Assembly: GCA_052327205.1 (NCBI GenBank)
Contig: CM126207.1
Location: 54,498,001-54,562,000, forward strand
DNA: 64,000 nt
DNA from: Somniosus microcephalus
Lineage: Eukaryota
Reading direction: 5' to 3'
The notes under the pieces were generated by a model. That model worked only from the letters and a program-made list of their open reading frames with translations. It made no database searches and was not told the origin of the DNA. Made by a program: the position numbers and the translations under genes. Positions 1 to 13,149 of the stretch are shown here, one piece after another. Positions within the stretch are counted from its first letter, which is position 1. Each line of letters begins with the position of its first letter.

Positions 1-639
1 CTCCCACGCTTTTGCTTCTTCCCCTTACTGCCACGCTGCTCCTAGCGTTCTACGGGGTAATGGCGGCGACCCGCAGCTTTGGCGCGTCTCGCTTTCCTTC
101 CCCCCCGTTTAGTTTCTCTCCGCTGTCCTGTTCTCGAGCACCGACCGCACCCTGTGCGCTCCACCCTCTCTCTTGTTTTCTTTTCCCGGCGACGATGCGC
201 GGCCCGATTTGTAGAGCCGCTCGATCGAGCTTGAGCCCGCCGCAGTCCGGAAGAGTCAGCGCGCTACCTGCTACCAGCACGATTCGCTGGAACCACAGTC
301 TCTCCCGCAATTCTCCGAACACCGATGGATTCTTCAGGCGGTTGCCCTCGGTCGACGCCCGTTGCTCAGACTACGACCTTCCAGGACCTTCCTTTCAGGC
401 GAGATCCCTGTGAGATGATGCCACACTGCAGGTGAGTTCGAACTTACTCGTCGCCACTGTAAAGTCCGCGCCTCAATAATACACGGACTTCGGGAGAACA
501 GTTTAACAGGTACTTTACTGAACAAGAGGCAGCTTGAAACTGAAACTACAGAAGCCTGCTAGGGCCTTTTATACAGGGGTGGTCACTGCCGGTACTGCAG
601 TCTAAGACCAGTTATTCCCTTAAAGGTACATACACAACA
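1..639 (-). mobile_element. 5' end of a Gypsy-type LTR element: LTR 458-639, PBS 447-456, GC-rich leader running off the window
   Basis: On the minus strand the LTR reads TGTTGTGTATGTACC...GACTTTACA, followed by G-TGGCGACGAG. The same LTR-end/PBS junction occurs at 36652-36671, and the LTR is similar to the solo LTR at 26955. Confidence 0.85.
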
Positions 640-659
640 GTCCTGAGGTTGTGAAAGGT

Positions 660-915
660 GTTATATAAATGGAATTCCTTTCTTTCTCCTTTTCCCTATA
701 TGTCTGTGCTTCTCTTTCTCCTTCTCCCTGTGTGTTTGTGTTTTTCTTCCTCTCTCCCTGTGTGTCTGTGCTTCTCACTCTCTCCCTGTGTGTCTGTGCT
801 TTTCACTCTCCGTGTGTCGGTGCATCTCACTCTTCCTGTGCTTTTCTCTCCCTCTTGTCATATGTCCCTGCTTCTCTCGCCATCTTTCTTGTGTCTGCAC
901 TTATCTTTCTCTTTT
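660..915. repeat. TC/TG-rich low-complexity tract
   Basis: Degenerate (TC)n/(TG)n; the overlapping ORFs are compositional artefacts. Confidence 0.7.
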
Positions 916-934
916 CAATGGAACAGAAGACATG

Positions 935-1100
935 GATCTGCTGGGTCTCTTTAAAGTTAGGAGGGGTTTTGCGAAGGTAAATAGGGAAAACCTATATATT
1001 TTTTTATGCAGTGGATTTTTATAATCTACCAGAAGTAGTTGTGGAAGCAGAACCCATAACAGCTTTTAAAAGGGAAGTGAATAAATATTTGAAAAGAAAT
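935..1100 (+). mobile_element. Degraded CR1-type LINE 3' fragment
   Basis: Resembles the CR1 ORF2 C-terminal region (ctaccagaagtagttgtggaagc...gcttttaaaagggaagtgaataaatatttgaaa) seen in other copies in the window. Confidence 0.5.
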
Positions 1101-1357
1101 ACATAACCACGTACATATTAAGACCAAGACCACAGGACAAAATTGACTTTATATGTACAATGTCAACATTCTCTGCAAAATAAACACGCAAACATTATTA
1201 ATGTGATCCCAGCATGGTGTCTCTGCTGAGAATATACTCTTGCGAAAGGAGGTAGTTGGTTTGGTTGACAGGCCGACAGGCAAAATCCCTTAGCAGGAAA
1301 GGAGTTGAAGGGACACACCTCCCATTTTCTGGGAACACAGAGATAAAAGGGAGAACA

Positions 1358-1961
1358 GGGGGCGAAATTCAGTTACTCCCCGCTTAGGGGCGGTAACCGA
1401 ATTATCACCGGAGATTTAGCACCCAGCACGGAAGTACCGCTCCGGCCGCTAAATTCGGCTTACCGCCCCGGCGAGGAAGCGGAGCGTTATCTCAGGGGTG
1501 CAGAGCGTTATCTCGGGGGTGCAAAGCGTGGCAGCGCCGGTGCGCTACGTGGCCGCTCCGCATTGCACTGACACATTTCAGTGCCGCTGCAGGGTCTCCA
1601 ATGGCCCACATTAGCCCACCAGGGTGGCATGGTGTCGTGGCTGCAGCCCGGCGCCGAGATGCAGTGCCAGGCTGCGCGATGGTGGCTATGGACCACGCCA
1701 AGGGCCACCACGGAGGGCCAACCTTGAGATCGGCCAAAATAAATAATAGCGGCGCGGTCGCGACCACACCTCCCTTTAATTAGCGCCCCGTAAGCGGAGG
1801 TTGGCCCGGCTCAAGATCCACGAGGCTGGCGCTGACGCCACCCGTGGCAGCCTTGCGGGGCGCAGCCAAATTTCTGATGATGTCATCGCCGGTGACGCAG
1901 TGGCCCGGCGCGTCCCTCGGTGGCGCTAACGGCAAACACAAAGGAGCCAAATTTCGCGGCC
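1358..1961. mobile_element. Harbinger-type MITE
   Basis: Ends GGGGGCGAAATT...AAATTTCGCGGCC, 3-bp TSD ACA (1355-1357/1962-1964), GC-rich with repeated AGCGCC/GGCGCT motifs. Confidence 0.8.
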
Positions 1962-2315
1962 ACAGACACTTGGGCAGTTAGCCAAATTGTGAGGTGTAGG
2001 CCTGTGGTCTGGAGCTGGAAGCTAAAATGCAGGTCAATTTTTGCAGTTAGAAGTAGTTTAGAAAGAAAAGTAATGCCAAAGACAAGCCAGCCCACAAAAA
2101 GGATAGGGCGCATGGTTTATTATATTTTTCCACTGTTTGAGGAGATATGCGATTGAATTAAATGGAATTTGCTTTGACTGTCACTCTGTATGTTCACTTG
2201 CTATCTGTAAATAAAGCAGCTCATTGACTTGCATCAAGCCAGTATTTCACTAGCATTTCTCAGTCCGCCTACTGAAAGGTTAGTGAGTGCACATAGCGCA
2301 CGTGTGAAAGATTTG

Positions 2316-3027
2316 GGGCTGAATTTTAGCGCCCAAAAATGGGTGGGTTGGGTTCGAGTCAGATGTTTTAAAATCTGAACCCCAACCCCAAACTGCCCAC
2401 TTCCAGGTTATACGGAGATGGGGTTGGCAATTTAAATATTTTAATGAGGCTGTTGGCCTCTGATTTAACCTGCTTTACAGTGGGTGGCCGGGTTTGCCAG
2501 GGCTCGGGAAACCCAACAGCTGAAGTGAGGCGAAGACAGCTTGGGAGGCAAGGTGAGTGCCTTCACAACACTGCTTGTGGGCCAGGAGGAACAGGAGTGC
2601 TTCCCCCTGGCCCTGCAAGCTCCTCCCCCATCAGACCCCCCCCACCTATACAACGGCCCCCGAGGTCAGAGATCAGACCCCCTTGGGGTCAGAGATCAGA
2701 CCCCCTTGGGATTGGACACCCCCCCCCACCTCATCCCCGGGGGTCTGGAATCAGACACCTCCCTCCGGGATTGGAACCCCCCCCCCCCCCCCTCGGTTGT
2801 GGATCGGGCCCACCTGGTCCTGCGGCCTGCTCCAGAGTGCTTGCTGCCCGATTGGCAGTCAAGCCTGTCAATCAGGCTGACTTATGGGCAGGGAACCTGT
2901 CGATGACAGAAGTCGCACACGGGGAGTTATAACTCCACAGCGGACTTCCGGGTTTACCCATATGAAACTCCACCACCCCCCCACCCTGCCTATGTAACCC
3001 GCCCCCATGGCCATGGTATCCAGCTCA
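2316..3027. mobile_element. Degraded Harbinger-type MITE
   Basis: Left end GGGCTGAATTTT resembles the GGGCTRGATTTT TIRs elsewhere in the window. The right end is degenerate and the interior has C-rich short repeats. Confidence 0.5.
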
Positions 3028-4920
3028 AATGATAAAGGGGGCTGTTTGTTACAGTTCTAGGTCATCTTACCATATAAACAAATACTGGACTGCAATGGTA
3101 CATTCCTGATTGTAAGATGCTCGGGTGCTTATCGGAGTGACCAGCCCCGATGTACTCAAGAGAATATATAAAGCAGACCCAAAACTTATAACACCCCCAT
3201 ACACAAAAGCCCAAACCTGACCTGCAAAAAGAATTGGTTGGCTGCTCATACCTCACTTACATTTTTGCTGTCCACTACCTGGCTTGGCCTGGCCTGGCCT
3301 GGCCTGGTCTGATCCACCATAATTTTTCACCTTTGCTCGTGATCTCCATCACTGCTGCTGCTGTTGTACACGTTCACTCCACCTCCTCCCCTGCTTCCAT
3401 CCACCTACTGCTGTTTCATTCCAATCTCCCTGAATACTAACACTGGGAAAGTTTTTCAGTCTCCCAGCCTGGAGACATGGTAAAAGCTGCTTCCTGACTG
3501 GTATAAATCTAACATTCAGGGAGCAGCCTTTGTCCAATCCTCCAGATCATGAAGTTTAAATGGCCAACATTCCAGAAGATTATGTACGAGCATGCAAAGA
3601 AGAAACAATCCAACTCGGGCTTCATAGGATTGATAATGGGAGATCTCGGCCACTCTGTCTGTCCTTTTGAACATCCCATTCTAAGCACCTTAAAAAGGTT
3701 GAGGTTGGCTGGTAGTGTGTAAACAGGCCACAACACAACCTTATATTTCAGATATGGTGAGCCACTTAATTGTGTTTTAGCCTTGCATTCTAGATGGATT
3801 GCTTTGTGGTGTTGATGCAGTATACGAGGTATTTGATACATCAGTGGAACTTTCACGTACTGAACATAGATCTAGTGAAACTACTTTTATAGTAAAAACA
3901 TTGAAATGTTCCAATCCACTTAGCATGTAACCGAATGGAATAACATCTTAATCATAGTGAAATGACTATCCACTCACAGAAAAAGTCTCCGCTTTAATTT
4001 TCCATTGTTTAGTCTATAAAGGGAGTGAATAATGCACAGCACATCAACGGGAACAAGTGTTCTGAAACCCAACATCCCCAGTATCTATCTATCTATCAAG
4101 TTCAACTGCAGTTCATAAACAGTCTCAGGATTTTAAGTGTGTCCAGGACAAATAGACAGCCAGTTTCAGGATCAGAAGTGGAGATTGCAGTACTTCCTTA
4201 TGGACTAAAGAACCTTTGAGTCACTCTGAATCTATTTTGACTAGCTATGATATTAAGTTGAGCCTAATATCACTGAAGCAACATCCAGAAGCAAAATTAT
4301 TTGGTTTTTTATATTTAGTAATCGTGCCTTTGAATGAAAGTCACTCACACAATAACTCCATGCAAATGATCAAACCCACTCTCTGTCACTGTACGTGTCT
4401 GTGGTTTTCTCTCTATTTCTGTATCTATTGTTTTCTCTCTCTCTCTCTCTCTGCCTCTGATTCTCAATGTGCCTTTTCCCAGCTGTGATTTTTGGGCCAT
4501 GCTATTTACGGGGAGGCAGACAGGGTGCGGGGGAAGCCGAAAATGGCTGAAGAATCTGGCAACGCCGGGGATGCACATGTCCTGCTGAACTTAACGGCAG
4601 GACCTCACTATCGATTTTTTTTTTGTTCTGTTTCCCGCCTGGCAGCCAGGCATATTGACAGCCTGGCAGGCAGCCGGTGTGAAGGAATAAGCCATAAACC
4701 TATTCCGAAAAATACACCATTCTATGAAAGAATTCTGGCCTCATTAAAACATGACAAACTGGGTTTGGAAATCTAGAAACCTAACGATGGAGAAGCTGTA
4801 TTGTTAACAGCATTCTGGCTATGGGGATGGGATGGTTGTTGACACTGAGTCAATGGCCTTGTTGAAACAGAAGGTTGGAGGCTCCCGACGGTCTGAATCT
4901 TTGGAAAGAAGACTGGTGCA

Positions 4921-5290
4921 TCCTGGTTAAGGTGTTCTAAATTACACTTCGTAAAGAAGCAGAAACATATGCCTTCGTAAAAATGACATCAAATAAAAGA
5001 AACACCTGCCGTCACACCGTTTTTGTGTTGAGCTTAAGACACCTACACAGGAGATATAATTCTGTATTGCAACCAGCTGAGGTAACTAAGAATTGCATAG
5101 ATCACCCTGGTTGAGGTGTTCTAATTTACATTTCATAAAGAGACACAAACAGATGGCCTTAGTAAAAATTACATCAAATGAAATGCACCTGCTGCTACAC
5201 CGTTTTTTATGGTAAGCTTCGAACAACTAGGGTAGAGACACGATTCTTAATGCTACCAGCTGATCTGACTGTAAGAATTGCAGAAGTCAG
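4921..5290. repeat. Diverged tandem duplication of about 185 bp, possibly within an LTR-like element ending near 5795
   Basis: CCTGGTTAAGGTGTTCTAAATTACA...AAGAATTGCA starting about 4922 recurs starting about 5106. Confidence 0.6.
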
Positions 5291-6941
5291 CAGAAAAATG
5301 ACTAGAGATAATTAGCTTACATCAGCAGAAAACCTTAAAGGAATACCACTGGAAAAGGGTATAAATATTGAGCTCTCAAATAGGATACTAGATTCACTGT
5401 AAAGGGGCAAAGCAATTCTCGGACTTCAGAGGTGGCTCTGTAAGTCTACAGCTCTTTGTATCTCAGGGATCAAAGGTATTGTACTGTATTTGATTTTGGT
5501 GGATATCCTGAATAAACTTTAAGAACTGTAAAACTGTAGTGAAGTTAAAATTTGAGAATAAGGATCTCTGATAAAAGAATTGTAAGCTTTCTCTTTTTGG
5601 AACTGTTAATGTTGCGATTGAATCATCAATTGTAAAATACATGTTGGTTCTTTAATAAATCTATATATTTTTAGAATTGTCTCACATAATACTTCTGTAT
5701 CAAACTCGCGAACTCAATCTCTGTACACTCTTTGGTGAGGAGTTGCAGAATTCTGGGGGAGTTTTCCGGACCCTCATAATATCCGGAACGTTACAGTCTA
5801 GTTAAACGTATTAAAAATGCTATCTGGAGGAAGGTAACATTTTCAGGTTGTTCCTTTTCTTTAGGGAGAGAGAGTCCGGACCTTTAGACCCAATTAAGTG
5901 TCTTTAGGAGTCGGCTACCTCAAACTTTAGTTGAAAGTGAACGTCTGAGGAATACGCCTGATCCAGGGTAGCCCTAAAGGGGCTAGGACTAGTAATTATC
6001 CCTTCACCGGAAGGGTTAATCAGCAGGTTGGGGATCCTTGGGGATGGTCCCCGGCAATCGGGAGTGGGGGAGGTCAGTGGTTACAGCAGGGGGGAGAGAG
6101 AGGCCACGCTCGGTGGGGGATGGCCGAGGGTTTCCCTGAGAGGCCGGGGGGCACTCCTTCTCCTGGCCCACAAGGAGAGCAGGAAAAGACACTTGCCTTA
6201 TGGAGCCAGCAGCTCCCGCCTCTTTCGCTGCCAGGTTTCCCGACCCCTGGGAAAAACATGCAGCAGCAGCAGTGAATTTTAAATCGGGCTCCCAATTACA
6301 CTGTAGGAGCCTGATTTAAATATGTTAATGAAGTGTCCCACCTCTCCATGCCCACAATATACGCCACTATAAAAAAGGCAGCAGGCACATGTGCAGCGTG
6401 TTGGTGATGCATTCCCCATATCCAAGTCTTTAATCTCCCCCCCCCACCACCCCGACTCTATCCCACCCGTCGTGAGGGGGTTAATATCGAGGCCTTTAGC
6501 TGTGTGAGTTTGTGAATCTCTCTCTATCCCAGTATCTGCTGTGCTTTACTTTTTCCCTCTGTTTCTTGTTATTTATACCCCTCTGTCTATCTGTGATTCT
6601 CTCCCAATCCATGTGTGTGTCTGTGGTTCTTTTTCTGTCCTTGTATGTACATTTGTGGTTTCTCTGTCTGTGTGTAGCTGGTTTGCTCATTTTCTGTTCT
6701 GGTGTATGTCTGTGGTTTTCTCTTTCTCTCTCCACTTGTCTCTGTTATTCTCACGTGTACCTCTGATTGTAAGACTAACAGCGTAGGACAATGAAGGTTT
6801 TGTTTAAATAGGAAGGAGCTTCTGATTGTCTTTTTGCCCTCTATGGATGCGCTCACTAGGTAAGCACTACATATTGTCTATGTTCTTCATATTTACTAAT
6901 AAGTGAAATAGACATTTAAAAATGTTTCCTATGTTCAGTCT

Positions 6942-7700
6942 TGTAATATATGTGGGAAGAACAAATGAAGGACAGAGACACGATGAGTTGCTAGTACAGA
7001 GCTTGCTTTACTCGGCCAGAGCAGACTGAGCATGCTCATACTAAACCATGTGATAAAATATTACACTTTCCCCTTTAATAAAATGCATGTATTCCCCTCT
7101 CAAATACAACAAAACTATGGTCCCACCTTTCCCAGCATTACATGTACCACATAAAAATTCCTGGCTTTTTTTCTTTTAAATGAACTACAGTTTATTCCAG
7201 TTTAATAACAGGTTTGTGGAGCCTTCCTGATCTCCTTACAGAAGGTTTGGTGTTGAACCAATTTTCGGGCTGTTTTGTTTTGGTTCCGCACTCAAAGATG
7301 ATCCTGTTTCTATCTCGGATTTGATTGAACCTGGTACTTCAATTTCTGAAGTCTAAACAGAGTCAAACTCATGTATGTGTTCAGGATCAAGTGATTCAAG
7401 ATCACATCTTGGTTCATCTCCAGCAGAGATCATTTGAGCTACAAGAACACGTCGGATGTTGTCATCAATTTCAACCAAATATCACTTGGTTCCATCAACC
7501 TCTACTATGTCCCACTTGTGTGTGTGAATTCGACTTGCCAGGGGATGAGAACACTTGTTTTGTTTGAAACTGCATTCTTTCTGATTAGTGTCATAATAAT
7601 GTTTCTGACTCAACTGTTTCTGTTCAACTCTTGAGGTCAAATTTGGTTGAACAAGACTCAATCATGTTCTCAATCTCCTCTTCATCAAGTGTTCTGCTGG
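6942..7700 (-). mobile_element. Gypsy remnant: 3' LTR 6942-7065, PPT 7066-7078, eroded integrase C-terminus
   Basis: LTR bounded by TGTAATAT...ATATTACA, adjacent to a minus-strand purine tract AAAGGGGAAAG. Minus-strand translation gives RRSGRLHKPVIKL, typical of Gypsy integrase tails. Confidence 0.6.
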
Positions 7701-8310
7701 GATATATCCAGTTGTAGTGTACGGAGTAGTTCTGTACTTCAGCAAGAAGTCTCTACTCTCCCACCCCCATGTTTAGTCCTGTTTGGCACCTGGTATTCAG
7801 CCCCTGTTCTGCTCCTAGAGTATAGCCCCTGTGCTGTCTTGCTCTGCTCCCAATGTTGCTGAGAATTGAAGACTCATCAAGAAATGGTGCAAAGTTTACG
7901 GCTCATTCACCAGCAGAATAAAAATGACAACACTTCCTTTCATCAGAGGAGTGGGACGGTGGAGGAACTTTTAACCCCCATAAACAGGCGGGGTTGGGTT
8001 GGGTGGGATGTTTAACCACCATTTTAAATCTAATCCTGGCCGGCTGAGTTTTCCGGGCCTTGGTAAACCCCGCAGCTAAAGGAAGGCGAGGACTGTTGGA
8101 TCCAGGAGGTCAGTGCCTTTCCACTTAACTGTTGGATCCAGTTTACCTGCTTCACCCATGCCCCGTGATCGGTCAACCCCCCACTGAACCTTCCGATTTT
8201 CCCACCCCGACCCTTCCGATCTCCTCCACGAGGCCTCCGATCTCCTCCATGACTCTTCAGATCTCCCCCCTCAAGGCTGCCGACCCCTCCCTCCCTCCTC
8301 TCCTTGTAAT

Positions 8311-8766
8311 GTCAGCTGTGGCTCAGTTGGTAGCACACTCGCCTCTGAGTCAGATAGTTGTGGGTTCAAGTCCCACTCCAGGGGCTTGAGCACATAAAGC
8401 TAGGCTGACACTCCAGTGCAGTGCTGAGGGAGTGCTGCGCTGTCGGAGGTGTTGTCTTTCAGATGAGACGTTAAACCGAGGCCCCGTCTGCTTTCTCATG
8501 TGGATGTAAAAGATCCCATGGCACTATTTCGAAGAAGAGTAGGGGAGTTATCCCTGGTGTCCTCCCTCAACCACCATAACAAAAAAAACAGATTATCTGG
8601 TCATTTTCACATTGCTGTTTGTGGGAGTTTGCTGTGTGCAAATTGGCTACCGCATTTCCCACATTACAACAGTGACTACACTTCAAAAGTACTTCATTGG
8701 CTGTAAAGCGCTTTGAGACGTCCGGTGGTCGTGAAAAGCACTATATAAATGCAAGTCTTTCTTTCT
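8311..8766 (+). mobile_element. SacSINE1/DeuSINE-like tRNA-derived SINE, nested in a degraded MITE (about 7960-8967)
   Basis: A box TGGCTCAGTTGG, B box GGTTCAAGTCC, Deu-like core (GATGAGACGTTAAACCGAGG), tail CTATATAAATGCAAGTCTTTCTTT. Confidence 0.85.
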
Positions 8767-9317
8767 CTGCTTCCCGACTGCGGCCTGGTGCCGAAGACCT
8801 ACCCGACCAACAGTCAGCCAGCTTCTCAATCTGACTGGCAGTGGCCAGAAATCAGAGACAAGAACTGCTAATCAGGTCCTGCCGAATTTAACCCATTCTC
8901 CTGGCATTTCCTGACTTTAAAGCAGCAACCCCCGCTCCCTCCTCGCCTCTGCGTTAATAGCCAGCCCAGTGTGCTCAGGCTGGTGTGGTGGGGGTGACAG
9001 TGCACTTGGTTGTGTCTGGGAGTGTTGTACCTGGTGGAAGCAGAGTGGCTGTGTTATTTTATTATCGGGCTTTTAACTCCAGTTATTATTATTTATTCAG
9101 TAGAAGTGAGGACATCGTGCCCACGGATTTCGTGACGGAGCTCGACATTCGGTTCTTCACTGATAATCTGCTGAGCAGTGAGGACTGGGTTAAGAGGGAG
9201 AGAGGAGTGAGACTAAGGAGAGGGGAGGGGAGGGGAAGATTGAGGGGTAAGGAGGTAGGTGTAGGGAGTGGGAGGGGAGCAGGAGGACAAGTAGCACTGG
9301 AGCGTGCAGAGTTAGGT

Positions 9318-9745
9318 GTCAGCTCAGTGGGAGCACTCTCAGATCTGCGTCCAAAGGTGGTGAGTTCAAGTCCCAGTCCAGAACTGAGTAAATGATCTAG
9401 GCCGACACTCCAGTGAGGGATTGCTGCATTTTCAGAGGTGCTGTTTTTCTGATGAGATGTTAAACCAGGTCTGCCCTCTGAGCTGGATGTAAACAATCCA
9501 ATTACACTATTCCTGGTGTCCTGGCCAACATTTATTCCTCAGCCAACATCACCAGAAACATATTATCTGGTCATTCACCTCATTGCTGTTTGTGGGACTT
9601 CACTATGCACACATTTTCTGCTGTATTTCCCTGTATTATAACAGTGACTACACATCAAAAGTATTTCATTGGCTCTGAAGCACTTTGGGACATCATAAGA
9701 CCATGAAAGGTGCTATATAAATATAAGTGCTTCTTCTACTTCTTC
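9318..9745 (+). mobile_element. SacSINE1/DeuSINE-like SINE, older copy
   Basis: Colinear with 8311-8766; B box GAGTTCAAGTCC and tail GCTATATAAATATAAGT. Confidence 0.8.
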
Positions 9746-9994
9746 TTTCCTTTTGCCCATCGCCAATGATTCCCACATCTTGAAGGTGTTCCTGACCCAA
9801 GATACATTCACAAACCATTCGCTGGAGTCTGTTTGCCAACTTAATTCACTTCCTGGATTTGAAAATGGCAGAGCCATTTTATAAGATGTACTTAACCAGC
9901 AACCTCACACCTCACTTTAAAATTGGTGAGGGGTTACTCTATGGCACAGCATTAGCATTGTGATCTGGAAAAATGGGTCTGACAATTGTGCAAA

Positions 9995-10586
9995 TCATAG
10001 AATGATACAGCACAGAAGGAGGCCATTCAGCCCAGCGTGTCTGTGCCGGCTCTTTCAAAGCGATGCCCAATTAATCCTACTCCCTTGCACTTTCCCCATA
10101 GCCCTGCAAATTTTCTCCTTCAAGTATTTATCCAATTCTCTTTTTAAAGTTATTATTGAATCTGTTTCCATCACCCGTTCAGGCAGTGCATTCCAGATCA
10201 TAACAACTCGCGACGTAAAACAATTTCTCCTCATCTCGCCTCTGGTTCTTTTGCCAATTACCTTAAATCTGTGTTCTCTGGTTACCGACCTTTGTGCCAC
10301 TGGAAACAATTTCTCCTTATTAACTCGTCATGATTTTGAACAGATATATCAAAATCTCCTCTCAACCTTCTCAGCTCGATGAAGAACAACCCAGCTTCTC
10401 CAGTCTCTCCATGTAACTGAAATCCTGCATCCCTGGTACCGTACTAGTAAATCTTCTCTGCACCCTCGCTAAGGGCTTGACATCCTTTTTAAAGTGTGGT
10501 GATCAGAATTGGACACGATACTCCAGCTGGGGCCTAACCAGTGATTTATAAATGTTTTGCATAATTTCCTTGCTTTTGTACTCTAT
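9995..10586 (-). mobile_element. CR1-type LINE 3' fragment
   Basis: Minus-strand ORF 10055-10309 (TREHRFKVIGKR...WNALPERV) is a CR1 ORF2 C-terminus; interrupted by the Harbinger at 10587. Confidence 0.85.
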
Positions 10587-12400
10587 GGGCTGGATTTTGT
10601 CATTGGGGCGGGCTGGGGTCATGTCAGCCGCTTTTCGTGTTATCCACCCGATTCCAAATTGATGCGATTTTCACATAATTGAGCAATTGAGTTCCAGCGT
10701 GTGGGAACCCATGGCCCAATTAGTTTTTTCAGTCTGAACCTCGCCTCCAATGACATCATCATTCCTGCTGCAATTAAGGTCTGCAAGAAGCCTTGCTTCT
10801 TCTGCAGACTGCCAACCTTTTGGCCTTTGCAGTGAGAGGGAGCTGGAGGCAGAATGAGCAGCGGGAGACCTAAGTCTGCTCCCAGATTTGATGACGTCGC
10901 CCTGCAAGCTTTGGTGGAGGGAGCAAGAGCGAATAAGGAGGTGCTCTTCCCTTCTTCAGGGAGGAAGAAGCCTCCCCAGCAGACGAAAGCTGTGTGGATC
11001 CAGGTGGCCCAAGAGGTCAACTCGTTGTCCCTCATCCGCAGAACCTGGCTTCAGTGCAGGAAGAGGTTTCATGACTTTCTGCACACTGGAAAAGTGAGTA
11101 TGACTTTGCCATACCCTCAATCTGACCCCCATTGCCTCTCCTCACCAGCACTCGGCTTTAGTAACCTCTTCCTCCACATCCCACTTGACACTGACATCCC
11201 TGCACCCTTTCCCATTCACTCTCTCTCTATGGTCACATTCACCTAACTATTCAACTATGCAGCCCTCACACTCCCTATCACTGTGATGCTATGAAAACAA
11301 CTTACAAACAGGGAGGGCCCTTGGTTTTGCCACCTCACTCCATCTTTGTCTCCTTCTAGCATCTATGCTATGGATTCGCTACACTCACTCCTTCATTCTA
11401 ACTCAAACTCCACTTGTCTCCCTCATTGCAGGAAAAGAGAGCTCACAATAAGAGGGAAAGAGCAAGGACAGGAGGAGGGCCACCCTCAGTAGCCCACCTC
11501 GCCCCTTGGGAGGAGGTGGTCCTGGAGATCGTGGGACTCTAGGACGATGCGCAAGTGGGGGACGGACAGACGGGTGCATCAGAGAAAGCTGGTGACAGAA
11601 TAGTTTTTCATCGCCCTCATTGACATTGCATGAGTCGCTGATAATGATTCTGAAGCTCTAACAGATGGACATATGATCATCTGCAATATGCAATGTGCAT
11701 GTAACCTTGGCCTCACATCTCTGACTCTCCTTTACTCCCCACAGGACCATCGCAAGCACCCATCCCCACTATCCAGGAGGAACAGCCTGAGTCTCCAGAC
11801 TCCTCAGAGGAAGCTGCAACCTCTGAGGGCGCAGCATCAGCAGAATTCAGCCAACCCAGCACCAGTGCAGACACTCACACCTCAGTGGGGCCATCGCGTG
11901 ATAGAGTAGTGTTGTCACCTGGTGCATCACAGCTCACAAGTGAGCATCAGCAGATTGTGGAGACAGGGACAGCAGTGGAGAGTCCTAGTCGGAGGGCGCA
12001 GGACTCTCCCACCTCGGCTCAGCTGCATGTCGACCCTCTGCCTCTGGGTCCATCCAGAAGAACAGCGGTGCTGGAACTCCAGGAACAGGTGCAGGAGTCT
12101 CTGGCAGTTTTTGTCCCCCAGGGTCGCTGCGAGTGTGGCGCGAATGGAGGAGTCCATCGCGAACGTGAGCAGAGCCTTTGTGGAGTCATTGGCGCATGTA
12201 CGCAGCACCATGGAAAGGATGGCAACCTCCATGGAAAGGATGGCTACAGTAGACGAGAGGATGGCTATGGCCATGGAGGAGCTAAGTCGCCAGAGTGTAG
12301 AAAACATGGTGAGTGTTCAGAATACACTCTGGAGATCCAGGGCATCTCTGGAGGAGCGATGGTCAGCTATTGAACAGAGAAACCAGACCTTCATGGAATT
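10587..12400 (+). mobile_element. Truncated PIF/Harbinger element carrying only a Myb/SANT-like pseudogene
   Basis: TIR GGGCTGGATTTT at 10587. Exon 1 is 10854-11093 (APRF...W..VA..VN...RTW.QCRKRF.D, then GTGAGT). Exon 2 starts at 11432 (EKRAHNKRERARTGGG) and has an in-frame stop. Exon 3 is coiled-coil and frameshifted. Confidence 0.85.
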
Positions 12401-13149
12401 TATACAAAGCATTACCTTAAGATACCTACACACCAATACAGAGTGGTTAGTTTGTATTTTTATCTTAATTTGATTGGTCTGTACTATATCCTGAATGATG
12501 TATTGGGAAAGCTGAACTTACTTTAGGTTAATGCTGTCACAAGGGTCAAACTCTCAACTAATGAATTAAGTAGGTGGAGCATCAGGCAAAGTTTGTTGCT
12601 CACTTCCCAATAGCACAAGTTGAATCAGCTGGTGGTAATCTGCTGTTCACAACTCAGGAGTGGTGCTTATAACAAATTCCCCCTCTTAGCGCTGGCATTT
12701 AAGGCTAGTTTCGGCAGAAAAATGGCGGCCGCCTCTCTTTGGGTCGCTTCTGGCCTGGGCCACGGTGGTCGTCATTTTGGGCAGGTCAGTAGTGTGGCTG
12801 TTGCCGCTGTGCGTATGGCAGAAGAATGCAAATGAAGCAGATTGTGACATCAATGTAATGCTGATTTGATGCATGACCTGCTATCTTGGATGTCGTCACT
12901 CCACTGTACGCCCTCTCCAAAGCATGCACGATGGACCCCCCACCAGCGCTACTTAAAGGGACACAAGCAACTTTGAGGTAAGTTGCTTTTTGCTTTGTAC
13001 TGGTCCCTGTACAGTTTATTTGAGTAGTGGCTTGGTGTAAGAAATTTAAAAAGTTGTTAAAATGTGAAGGGAGTGCAGGGAGTGCTGTTGGACATTTGCA
13101 AGGCGTTGACTCTTAAAGGACGGCCTCTAAGAACACCACTTGCTCCCAG

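Noticed and set aside
658-1024. Hydrophobic ORFs (also 6496-6856)
   Set aside because: Products of TC/TG low-complexity sequence.
3062-3856. Possible decayed coding or env-like remnant on the minus strand
   Set aside because: No diagnostic motif (furin site, CX6CC, ISD) could be confirmed by eye.
8311-8390. tRNA-like A/B boxes (also about 9320, 20960-21030 and 21400-21462)
   Set aside because: Each continues into a SINE core and tail, so they are SINE heads rather than tRNA genes.
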